64,000 bases of DNA. Source: Callorhinchus milii (Eukaryota). Position 1 is the first letter of the stretch. Each line of letters starts with the position of its first letter. The notes under the pieces are model-generated. The model had not been told where the DNA came from and searched no databases. It saw only the letters and a list, made by a program, of their open reading frames with translations. This document shows, piece after piece, positions 25,600-37,618 of this stretch. Location of the stretch: the NCBI RefSeq assembly GCF_018977255.1, contig NW_024704742.1, positions 129,892,001 through 129,956,000 of the forward strand. The letters run 5' to 3'. Made by a program: the position numbers and the translations under genes.

Positions 25600-25939
25600 C
25601 TGCCAGTGAGAGAAACCAGCAATGTTGGTTAGGAATTAGGATCAAAACGCTCAACAAAAGTACAGATGATTTAGAGATTAAGAAAACAAAACAGCAGAGG
25701 ATCGTTCAGCAGCTAATGCTTTCTGAATCCTGCCGAACATGGGCCAAATTCAATTGGAAAAAATAACATCCCAAAGAGACATTAACGCTGGACTCTCTGG
25801 TAATAGTGGGGGTGGGGAGATAAAGAAAGAAATGCTGAACCAGTCCTGCTTAGACAATGCAACCCCCACACACCATCCCCCCCATCCACAAACACACACT
25901 CTCTTTCCAGTCATCAAGCTGCCTTTCAAAGTGAATCCA

Positions 25940-28730
25940 TAACAACAACAAAATTAAATTTATAGAGTGCCTTTCACTTCGGGAGGACACCCCAAGGCAC
26001 TAGACAGTCAGGGGTCAGGACCCGAGCATGGGGGAGGGGTGGAATAGGGGTGAGGGAAGGCAGAGAGGTGGGAGGGAGACCGAAGGCACGATCGAAGAGG
26101 AGGGTCTTGAGACCAGCCTTGAAGGAGGCAAGGGAGGAAGCGAGGTGAACAGACTGTGAGATGGAGCTCCAGAGTGTGGGGGCAGACAGGTTGAAAGAAC
26201 AGCCACCGATGGTAGGGCGGGAGACATGGAGCAGGCCAGAGCTCGCTGAACGGAGGGAGCAGGCAGGTTGGTAGGGAGTCAGCAGATCAGAAAGGTAGGA
26301 GGGGGCAAGGCCATGGATGTCCTTGAAAGTGAGGACAAGGATCTTGAACTCGATCCTCTGGAGGATAGGGAGCCAATGGAGTCGGGTGAGGGTGGGAGTG
26401 ATGGGGTCGCGGAGCCTGGTGCGTAAGAGTACACGAGCTGCAGAGTTTTGGATGATCTGCAGCTTGTGAAGGGAAGAGTTGGGAAAGTTGATGAGGAGGG
26501 AGTTTCCATAATCGAGCCTTGATGCGATGAATGCGTGGGTGAGGGTTTCGGCAGCCTGAGGGGTGAGGCAGTGGCAGAGTCTGGCAATGTTGCGGACAGT
26601 TCAGGGTCAAACAAGATACCCAGGTTCCTGACTGGCTTAGTGAGGTTGAGTGTGCAGCCGTGGAGGCTGATGCTGCCAGCGCCTGAGGTGCAAAGGCACT
26701 CGCCCGAGCCAATCAGGAGGGCCTCGGTCTTGCTGATATTGAGTTTGAGAAAGTTGGCCCTCGCCCAGGACTTGATGTCGGACAGGCAGTCGGCCAGGAC
26801 GCCAGTAGTCCTGGAGTTGAGGGTGGAGGCAGAAAGGTAGAGGTGGGTGTCATCCGCATACATGTAAAATTTATCCCATGTCTGCGGATGATGTCACCAA
26901 GGGGGAGCACGTAGAGGGTGAAAAGGAGGGGACCGAGGACTGAGCCCTGAGGAACACCGCACAAGATGGTGTGGGGGTTGGAGGAGAAGCTGTTTGCCGC
27001 GACAAAGTGGAGGCGGTGTGAAAGGTAGAACCTGAACCAGTCAAGGACAGAACCTTGAAAGTTGCGGTGGGAGGAGGCGGTGGAGGAGGATTGAGTGGTC
27101 CACAGTATCAAAGGCGGCAGAGAGGTTGAGGAGGACGAGGAGGCAGAGGGAGCCCTGGATACACATGGTCAGGATGTCATTTGTGACCTTGACCAGAGCA
27201 GTTTTCGTGCTATGGGCAGCACGGAAACCTGATTGGAGGGGCTCATGGAGGGAGTGAGAGGAGAGGAAAGAGTGAAGCTGGGAGGCAATGGCTCTCTCAA
27301 GGACCTTGGACAGAAAAGGGAGTTGGAGATGGGCCGGTAGCTGGATAGCTGTGTTGGATCAAGGGAAGGTTTCTTCAAGAGGGGGGGGGGTGGGGGGAGA
27401 TAATGGCTGTTTTGAAAAGGGTAGGAACAGTGCCAGATGATCGGGAAAGGTTGATGATGTCGGCGAGTAGTGGAGCAAGGAGATGGAGCTGGGATTTAAG
27501 GAGAGGGGTGGGGACAGGGTCCAGGGAGCAGGTGGTGAGCTTCATGGAGGATATGGTGGTGATGACAAAGGAGGGGGTGGCAGGTTCACAGGTGTGGAAG
27601 GAAGGATGGGTTGTGGTCAGAGAGTGGGTGGGGCTGGGAGGGAGTAGAAGTTTGGAGGGCAGTGGCAGCTGAGAGGATTCTCTCGATTTTGGATTCGAGG
27701 AAGTCCAGCATTTCCTCACAGTGGGAGACAGAGGAAAGAATCTGCAAGGTGCGGCGGGGAGGGCTGGAGGAGCCGGTTGGTGGGGGAGAACAGGAGTCTG
27801 GCGTTGCCCTTCACCTTCAGGATTAACCTGGAGTAGAAGGACGATTTGGCCGAGACGAGAGCGGAGCGGTAGGTTTTGATGAGGTCCAGCCGGACCGTTA
27901 GGCCGGATTTGAGCCAAGTGCATTTAACAGCCCACACCTGGCCCTTGAGCAAGCAGAGGTGGCTGGTGAACCAGGGTGAGGATCCTGAATAGGAGGCATT
28001 TCGGGAGGTGAGGGCGGCAAGGGCATTGAGCGTGGTGGAGAGGGTGCTGTGGAGGAGAGTAAACACAGAGGATGGCTTGGTGCAGGAGGTGGGCCAGACG
28101 GGGAGGAGTTCAGAGGACTCCAGGGCAGCGGAGAGGGATTGCTGGGAGATCTTCTTCCACGGGTGGTAGAAGATGGTGGTAGGTTTGGAGGCAGTGAGGA
28201 GATGGATATAGGAGTTGAGGGAGATGAAATGGTGGTCAGAGGTGGCCTTGTCCAGTGATGGTGACATCCGAGACACTGAGGCCCCCGTGAACCTGGGTAG
28301 CAGAGTGATTGTGGAGGGAGAGGTTGAGGGAGGAGGAGAGAGGAGAAGTCTGAGGAAGTGGAGCAAGAGGGAGTGAAGTGGAGGTTGAAGTTGCCTAGGA
28401 TGATGAGGCGGTTGGAGCAGAGGCAGAGGGAAGCTAGAAAGGTGGAGATGTCAGAGATGAAGGTGGGGGAAAATTTTGGGGGGCGGTAAATTAGGAGAAT
28501 TTTTAGTGAGAGATGGGAGGGATGGCAGAGGGTAAGGTGTTCAAAAGAGAGGAATGAGCCAGCATTGCAGAGATAGGCTACGGGGAGGGCGGAGAGAGAG
28601 GACAGAGCGGGAGAATTGCAGGGAGGGGGGCATTTTGAGGGAGGGCCAGCTTGGGTCAAGGGCGGCAGCCAAGATGCGCACGTTAAGACGAGAGGCGGCG
28701 GATTAGTGGGACATTGTCAGCCTGCAGGAG
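25940..28730 (-). mobile_element. Decayed L2-clade LINE, most of ORF2 (endonuclease + reverse transcriptase), frameshifted; in intron 6b-7
   Basis: APE motifs (LLIYRPPK, GNFNLH, SDHH), RT motifs ([22 protein letters not shown] at ~26850-26860), (GTT)n tail at 25940-25950. Confidence 0.92.
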
Positions 28731-28868
28731 GCTGTGAGGGCTAGAGGTGAAAGGTGAACATGTAGGTAAAGGGTGGAGGTGGTGGGGGGGGAAGATGATC
28801 ATAAAGTGAAAAAAAACTCTTCCACCCCCCAAAAAAAATAGATAATCCCAACAAATTGCCAGATTTGT

Positions 28869-29192
28869 GGAGTCCTGTAGCTCAGTGGTTAGAGCACTCG
28901 CTTTGCAAGTGAGAGACCTAAGTTCAATTCCAGGCAGGGCGAAACCTTGGGCAAGTTTCCTTACTCCACACAGAGCCTAATAATAATCCCTCCAAAACCA
29001 AAAACAATAATAAATTGGTCATTTTTAATCTACGACTGTTTGTGGGACATTGCTGTGCGCAATTGGCTGCCGCGTTTGCCCACAAATATACAGTCAATTC
29101 ACTTTACAGTGTGTTCTGTGAAGCGCTTTGGGATGTCCTCCTGACATGAAAAGCGTTATATCAAATACAAGGATTATTATTATTTATTATTA
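28869..29192 (+). mobile_element. tRNA-derived SINE, short subfamily, full length
   Basis: A box TAGCTCAGTGG, B box GTTCAATTC, L2-type tail, (ATT)n. Confidence 0.88.
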
Positions 29193-29942
29193 TAGATTTG
29201 GTAACACATTCCATGGCTCAGACAGACATGATAGGGTGGGCTGAAGACAAAACAAGCTGCTACAATAATCAATGGAAAGTTTTCAAGCAAAGTTTGCTTT
29301 AAAACTTTCTGTTTAGAAAAGAAAATTCACTGCAGCAAAGAAAGTTTTTTTTTAAAAAAGTTAAGAATAGAAAATGTGTTCGATGGGATGCAATTCACTT
29401 TGAAAAACTTCAGCAAAAGAAAAGACCCCTCAAAAAAATAAGGGGTCTCACACGGATCTGGATCAATGTTTTTAAAACAGCAGAACCAGGTGATGTTTAA
29501 AACATCTCAGAATGTCAAGAGATAAAACAAATGTTCCACATTTTACAATATAAAAAATTTAAACAGTTTCTTTTAAAAAGACAAGACATCGGTTCATTGC
29601 AACACAATGTACAGTATAACAAAAAAGTGGAAGATGGGAAATTAACATTTTAGCAAGGTGAGTGGTCTATATTAGCTCTGCAGGCAAATAAAGCAAAGGT
29701 ATCCCTATATTCAAACTCAGCCCATTGAGTCAAGTCACCAAATGGATTTTTTTTTTTAAATAAACTTACAGCCTTCGGAGCTGAACTCATTGCAACATGA
29801 TAGAGAGAAAGATTTCTGATGGACAAAAGCAAAAGTCCATGCTCAGTATTGATTTATAGACTTGACTTGGTTTGGTGAAGGGCCTCCTCAGGATACCATA
29901 GCTTTTAGAGAGCGGTTGTGTACAGAGTGGAAGCGCTCCTAC

Positions 29943-30018
29943 CTTTTCAGCCTGGGCTTCCAAAGACTTCAGGTTGTTGGTGACATTTTTCAATTCTTCC
30001 TCAAAGTCAGCGCACTTA
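29943..30018 (-). CDS. TPM2: Mutually exclusive exon 6b (striated type, contains Cys190): [25 protein letters not shown]
   Basis: 76 nt; acceptor cttctgtacag after a long pyrimidine tract, donor AAG|gtagga. Confidence 0.96.
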
Positions 30019-30595
30019 CTGTACAGAAGACAGTTTGGGGGTGGGAAAGAAGGAGGTTGAGAATATGTAGAAAGTGATTAGATAGTAGAAACCCATAGCA
30101 ACCTAGCAGGCCTACCTCTCTCAGAATTTAGGCCCAATGTGGCTCCACTGTTTAGGCATTAAGGCAGTTTCTCGCCTAAACAAGGATGTTTCTAGAACAT
30201 TGGGTGGTCCACTTACCTGGTCTTCCTTGCAAAATCTGGACAAATACTCGGTTAACTCAAGTTTGAATCATAGATCAATTGCTACACTGAAAACATTTGC
30301 TCAATTAGTGCATTTCAAGCAATGGAGAAGCCACCATCTCCTTACAAAAAGGAACTAGTAGGTCCAAGCCTACCTCAAGCATTGAAGTCATGCTCTTCTA
30401 CCTCAGGATTCAGCTGCTATGGGTCTCCATTGGAGGAAAAACAACACACAAAACTAGAAGCAAAGCAAAAAGCAGCGGCAGCAGTAAAGTTGCAAGGGAA
30501 TTAGCTTTGTATTTTTCTCAAAAAAACCACAGGGAAACAAAAGGTAATGGATAGAGGAAACAGGAAGTAGTTAGTGGATTGCTGAGGAGCAGTAC

Positions 30596-30671
30596 CTCTT
30601 CCTCTGAGGCCATTAGCGATTTCAAGGTCTGGTCCATTATTCTAAGCTCCTCTTCCAATTGTCGTGCCCGA
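30596..30671 (-). CDS. TPM2: Mutually exclusive exon 6a (non-muscle/smooth type): RARQLEEELRIMDQTLKSLMASEEE
   Basis: 76 nt; acceptor actaactcag, donor GAG|gtactg; closely matches recalled TPM2 6a (RARQLEEELRTMDQALKSLMASEEE). Confidence 0.95.
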
Positions 30672-33031
30672 CTGAGTTAGTCCACAGTAAGGGAGTAGAA
30701 CAGATACAAATCCCAAGGAGTATTCAGCATGCAATTCAAAAAGGGGAAAGAAAAACCATGTGCCCACTATCGTTAGTGTATTCACCAAATGGTATTTGTG
30801 CACAGAATTAAGTCAAGAGAATTGAAAGGTTTTACCCTAAACCAGATCCAGACTTGTGTACAAAATATACACAGGGTCTCTGCAATCCGCACAAGTTCAT
30901 TGTTCAATTCTATTTCATCTACCACCCACCCTACCTCCTTCATTTCATCTGACCTGTCCGTTCCCTCCATAACCTGTAAAGGTTATGTTTTTGGAAGGGA
31001 AACACAAAAATATTGCTTATGCAGCCCACAGATATTTCTCAAATACGGTATCTGACTCTCAGCAGCCAAAAGGTTGGACCCTGAAGGTTAAAGTAACCCA
31101 CATAGAAATAAGGGACATGATCTTGTCCAGATTGTTAAAAAAAAAGTTCTGCTCCTTTATTGGCAGCTTTGAGGAAAAACAATCTTTTAAAATACCTTGA
31201 ATAAAGGATTGGATTGCTAGCTTTTTTAAAAAGCACGCAAAAGCAGTTCATGGCTAGATACAAATTGGACTAAAAACTGGTGACTTTTGACCAGAATTTT
31301 ATGCAGCAAGCTTTTTTTAAAAAAAGAAAAAGATAGTAAAAGCAGTTGAACAGCCTCTATGCTGCAGTTGCTACAATCAGAGGCTATTGTAAATACTGTT
31401 CAAACAATGAGATGAAATAGACTTTGAACCCAATAAAAAAAACTTGGACTGTGCAGAATATTGTGTCTCAGGTTTGGTGTAAGAACGATTTCAATCCCTG
31501 TCCAGGAGTGTTAGATTAACACTCCCAACAGTCTCATAAACCATACATGCAGAACAGTCATATGTATGCGAGGCATATCCATTTCCCTGCAACATGCGTT
31601 CAAATCGATCAGCTCAGCTCCAATGTGGTGTATCGCCACGTCATTTGGGCTGGCATTGTTCAATCACAGGAGCTCACTGTAACCCAACAGGAAAGGCATA
31701 AAACCGGTGGTTGAATGGGTTTCGCTCCCACAAGCACTGGCTGCTTATATTTTACACAGATCAGTGACTGACTGGGAGCATGCTTCAAGGTCACAACTAA
31801 AAACAGACTGCAGATGATGCGAGAAACCACATAAACAAAGTTCAACTGGTTTAACCCATCTGCTCGACTCTGAAGCATTGCTCTTTTGCATCACACTCCA
31901 GCCTGTGCTTAATCCAATATAGGTTACGTACGCATTGAACAATCTCAGGTTAGAAAGAATAATGCTGGCAATGCCGCAAATGGTAAATAAATCAACAAAA
32001 TTAAAACATTTTAAGACTTTTTACTCTCATCAATTCAAAAACACTATTACAGTTTCTTGGCAGTCTTGGGCAGAGGAACTGGGGGAAGGGGAAGTTAATA
32101 ATAAATAAACCATTACAAAAGTTAGTAATTAAAAAAAATGGGCATGGGGGTGGGGCATGGGGGGGAGGAAGGGAAAGAGAAAGGCAGAAAGGAAAGGCAA
32201 TGTCAAGGTGAGAGCCACCTGAAATTGCAGCCCTCTCCCATCAGACTGCCCTTGCAAGAAGCCTGCCCCTGCACCTGGGCAAAGTTGACCAGTTGTAAGC
32301 CACATAATTTAGCACATCATTTTACAGTACCTTTTATCACATTGAAACACCATCACATTGTTATACCTCAAAGTGCTTCACATGCAATCCGTCAAGTGCT
32401 GTAACTGTGGTTAATGTGTAGGCAAACACTGCAGTCAAATGCAGCAGCCAACAACAGGCAAACAGGCAGGTAAGATTTTATTCTTTTTAATGTCTTGTTC
32501 ATCACATCCCTGCTGTGTATTGAGAGGGGCTCAGAGTTGACAGATTCCTGTGGCCGTGTCCAGCAACAGTTACCATAAAATAGTGAAGAGGTGGGGAAGA
32601 GTCAAGTGACATGGGGACATAGCATCAGATTGTTAGCAAGAAAAAAAGGTTTGTAGGAATATCACTTGGGTATGGAATTCCTCACAAGCACAAGAGTGTA
32701 TTGGAGTGGGATCATTAAAATCATTCAAAATGGGAATGCAGACACATTGAGCAGTAAATACTGTGCAACTTGCATTTATATAGCATCCTCCATGTAGAAT
32801 AGAGTCTGAGCGCTACATAGCAGCAGGGTTGGATGCCGAGCAAGGGAGAAGGGGCGTTCAGGGATATGGTGGAGGAACAAAAAGGTGGAAAATGGATTAC
32901 CTTTTAATTACAAAGAACAAGATTATTGCATTAATAATAAACACTGACAGATGTGGCATAGACACAAACGGGCTTAATGGCCTCCTGCAGGGTGAAAAGT
33001 TTCTCAGAAAAACAAAACGACAAAAACTTAC

Positions 33032-33102
33032 ACTTCTGACACCTCTGCACGATCCTCAGCTCGCTCCAGATCAGCTTCCAGAATGACCAGCTTACGCGCT
33101 AC
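33032..33102 (-). CDS. TPM2: Exon 5: VARKLVILEADLERAEDRAEVSE(V)
   Basis: 71 nt (canonical); acceptor ctcttacag, donor GT|gtaagt. Confidence 0.97.
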
Positions 33103-33323
33103 CTGTAAGAGAGCAACCAGGCGTAACTTTAAACCACATGTTCGACAACAACAACTTACATTTACACAAGGTAGCGTCCCAGAGCACTGGACAGTGGCAG
33201 AGCATCGAAGTTAAATATTAAATATTACTGATACAAGCACCAACGCAGCATGCACAGTAATGAATAACGTGGCACCCGACGTGAAATTAGAGCGGTCGGT
33301 GCGGCTGTAAGTAGGCAGGTCAC

Positions 33324-33441
33324 CTCTTCATATTTGCGGTCTGCTTCCTCAGCGATGTGTTTGGCCTCCTTCAGTTGCAGCTCTTGTAATTCCATCTTCT
33401 CTTCATCGCTGCGGGATCGGCTTTCAATAACCTTTATTCCT
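33324..33441 (-). CDS. TPM2: Exon 4: (R)[39 protein letters not shown]
   Basis: 118 nt (canonical); acceptor ttccttctgcag, donor GAG|gtgacc. Confidence 0.97.
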
Positions 33442-34118
33442 CTGCAGAAGGAAAGCCATGTCCATCAACAACTAAACTTGCATTTACATAGCGCCTCTCG
33501 TGCAGGGTAGTGTCTCAGATAACTTGACACATATGGGACCATTAAAGCAGGTTCCTGAAGCACTACTCCCCCCCCCACCCGGCCAACCCAGAGACAGAAC
33601 TGGGCTCACGGCAGCAATTTAACAAATTGTGTCTGAGAGACCAACAACCGGAGGCACAACTGCAAAATGGACACAGAGAGCCTTTCACTCGTATACACAC
33701 AGTACTGGGAAAGGGACAGCCATTAATACTGCCCCATCAATAGGCACTTGTGCGATCGTAGCCTCAAGTAGCCACAGATTGCTGGGTCTGAAGAACAAGG
33801 TCTCCATTTTGATTCATCTTTGATGAGCGCGGGAATCAGAACACCTTATTTATTCGCTCAATCTGCCCGCGCCAGACTGGCTCAGAGTGAGATTGGGGTG
33901 GGGGAGAAGAGAAGGAAGGGGCCACCCACTGGAACCCAACAGCATAAAATTGAATCCTGTAGATGTTGTGTAGGAAGAAGAGGGCGGGATATAAATAGTA
34001 AGGCTAAAAATAAGTTTAAAGACTTTCTAAAGCTTCTGGTTCCGTCAATTAACTCAGCGGAAAAAAAAATAAAAGTTCACACTAAGGTCATTGTTTTTCT
34101 TTTGCTCAGAACTAGCTA

Positions 34119-34385
<267 letters not shown>

Positions 34386-36679
34386 TCACAAGGTGGCCAA
34401 TTGCACCTGAGCGGTAACACAACCTGCCCTGCCACCAACACAGTAGGTCAGCACTGACATCCTGTCGGCTGCTGTTGTTAATGTCAAGGGTATTAATAAA
34501 GAGGTACTTCCCAACAAAAAAAACTTCTCTGTCTCCCCGTAATCTCTTTCTTCTTTATTTGAAGAGGGCCGCAGGCTAACACCTGTCCGACAAACTGGCA
34601 GATTGAACATCGGCTTTGCTCATTTCTGTCGAAGGACGGCACCTTCAGCAATGCAGCTTCCCCCCAGCACTGCACTGGACTGTCAGCCTACACTAACCAT
34701 GACGTTTCAACCTGGGTCTTGAAACCCAGAATTTTCTGATCCCAAAAGGGAAACTTGCTTACCAAGTGACACACTTCCCATTTTTGAAAAAAAANTTACA
34801 TTGCGCAAAATGAATTTTGTTCTAAAAGCTTTTTAAAAAAACCTTTCTAGTTCCACTAACGTTACACGTCTAGACTTTTTTTTAAAAAAACGAGCTGCCA
34901 GCAACCGCAAGCAACCTTTCTGATTCTCTCAGAGTGTAGGGCAAAGCTTGGTATTAACCTTGAGCACTTGACTAGGCTAAAAACTTAAGTACACAAGCCA
35001 TGTACAACAATGCAAAGCACGCTAAAGAGATTCAGGTGCAGACAAAATAATGGCTGCTCGGATTCAGAACCTGTCCTATCCCAGCTTCCCCCAGTAGCAC
35101 AACTTCTTCCAATCAGTGTGTTGGGTCCTCCCATTCCCATTCAATGAGAGCTGTTCAGTGTTTCCTTGCACCTCAAGGTGCAAGCGATAAATTCCTGTTG
35201 AAGGAATTCAGTGCTGACAATGTTCAGGCATGAAACAGAAGCAGACATGAGTGTATTGCACAAGCATATTAGAGGACGAACTGACAAAATGCTTTAAAGT
35301 GTTGGTTTACATCAGCAAACAGGCGGACATGGGCGAGGACAGGCTTTCCTTTATAAATGATGCCCCACCACAATCACCCACTCTCTCCCCCTCACAGATA
35401 TGAGGATAAGGCAATAGGAGGCAATTGGGTGCCAGGAAAACTAATCCAGTCGTGTGTGAATGGAGAGAAGAGAAAAGGAGTTCAAAGAAACTCAGTCGGA
35501 GAGAAGAGGTAGAGAATGCAAAAGCATAGAACAACAACATTTCATTTATAGAGCGCCTTTCACATCGGGAGGACGTCCAAAGGTGCTGGACAGTTGGGTC
35601 AGGACCCGAGCAGGTGGGAAATGGTCAGGGTGAGGAGAGAGGAGGGAACGAGGAGGGGGTAGAGAGTCGAGAAACAAACTTACTCCAAGTGAGACACAGT
35701 GAGTGATACAGCACAGAAACCAACTATTCAGCCCAACTAGCGTTTATACTCCACACAAACCTCCGCTCCTCTCACTCCGCTTTCCTATACCGTTCTCCCT
35801 CATGTCTTTACCAAGTTCTCTTCAATTCTATTTGCAATATCTGAGGCTATTTGCTTCAACCAGTGTTCAGCAGGGAGTTCCACAATCCCACCACCCAGTC
35901 ATTCCTCCTGAACTCCCTAATAGATCTATCACTGACTATCTTATATGCATGCCCTCGACTTGCAGACTCACCAAAAAGTGAAAACAGCCCATCAACATCC
36001 ACCTCATCAAATCCTTTCGATGACCTTAAATGCCTTAGTCAACCACCAGTCAGCACAAAGCAGCTGTTATCTGCAAGTTACAGAAATCTAGACGAGAGAG
36101 ACTGCTCGATAAGCCCACAGTCAAATCAATGGTGGTTTCACATAGGTAATGGAGTGGTTTAATTACATGGTAGGATGTTAGCAAGTGCTTTTGATCACGT
36201 TGTAGGATTCAAATTCCAGTCTAGAACTTGCCCACTCCCAGCAATCCCATCCTCAGAGCTTAACACTGTAAGATGCCCATCCAAGCTTTCAAAGATACCA
36301 CCCTGTACAGTGCTAAAAATCTAACAACAAGTTGCATTTATATTTATAAAATCCTTGGCGTGGGGTAGCATCAGGCAAAGCTTGACACCGAGCTGGTGAG
36401 AGAGGTCTTTGAATACGGGCTTTGGACCAGGATTAATGCCCATTTGGCATCCAAGCAAACTACATTGTTTCAATAATCACTTCCTTCATTGTGAAACACA
36501 TCCTTGTACAACACAATGCCCTTTGAGAAACAGTATTGGACAGAATCAGGTTTCTAGAGGTCGTGGATTTCAACAAGATTATAATATTTGCAGTCTGTAG
36601 TAACTTCAATATCAAGCTATTCCGCTGTTGGTTTGGTTCATTAACTACCCAGAGTAAACCCAAAGAGATAGAAATCAGG

Positions 36680-37618
36680 GAGGCTTCCAATCCGGCTTCC
36701 GCGCTGCCCACAGCACGGAAATAGCCCTGGTCAAAGTCACTGATGACATTCTGAACATCTGTGATCAGCGCTCCCTCTGCCTCCTTGTCCTCCTCGACAT
36801 CTCTGCTGCCTTCGACACTGTCGACCACTCCAACCTCATGCACCGCCTCTCCTTACTTAACCGTCGCAGACCTGCCCTTGCCTGGTTCGATTCCTATCCC
36901 TCTCACCGTCTCCACTTTGTTGCCTCTAACAGTTTCTCCTCCAGCCCCCGCACTGTCAAGTCTGGCGTCCCCCAGGGCTCTATGTTTGGCCCTCTTCTCT
37001 ATAATATCTACATGCTCCCCCTTGGTGACATCATCTGCAGACATGGGGTCAACTTCCACATGTATGCGGATGACACTCAATTCTATCTTTCTGCCTCCAA
37101 CCTCAACTCCAGGACCACTGCTGTCCTGACAGACTGCCTGTCGGACATCAATTCTTGGATGAGGGCAAACTTCCAACAGTTGAATGTCAACAAGACTGAG
37201 GCCCTCCTTATGGGCTCACGCCACAACCTTAGCACCTCAGGCTCTGGCAGCATCAACCTCATGGTTGCACACTACAACTCACCAAGCCAGTCAGGAACCC
37301 AGTGTCTTGTTCGATCCTCAACTGTCTTTTCTTCCCCACATCCAAGCCATGACCTGCTCTGCCTTCCCTCACCTCTGTAACGTGTCCTCTCCCGCACCAA
37401 ACTCCGTGACCCCGTCCTCCCCCATTCTCACCCGACTCCATTGGCTCCCTATCCTTCAGAGGATCCAGTTCAAAATCCTGGCCCTCACCTACAAAGCCCT
37501 TAATGGCCTTGTCCCACCCGATCTCTGTGACCTCCTAACCCCCTACCAACCTGCCCGCTCCCTCCATTCAGCCGGGTCCGGCCTGCTCCACGTCCCCCGA
37601 TCCACCCGGCTCTCCTAG
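36680..37618 (+). mobile_element. L2 reverse-transcriptase fragment, antisense to the gene
   Basis: GVPQGSMFGPLLY, YADD and LHWLPI motifs in ORF track 36838..37380 and 37184..37618. Confidence 0.9.

Noticed and set aside
25940..28730. Active or domesticated reverse transcriptase
   Set aside because: ORF2 is broken across many frames with stops and deletions, and no ORF1 is visible.
28869..28945. tRNA-Ala(TGC)-like sequence (also at 8380-8450 and 57800-57871)
   Set aside because: It continues into a SINE body and tail and lacks a proper acceptor stem, so it is a SINE head and not a tRNA gene.
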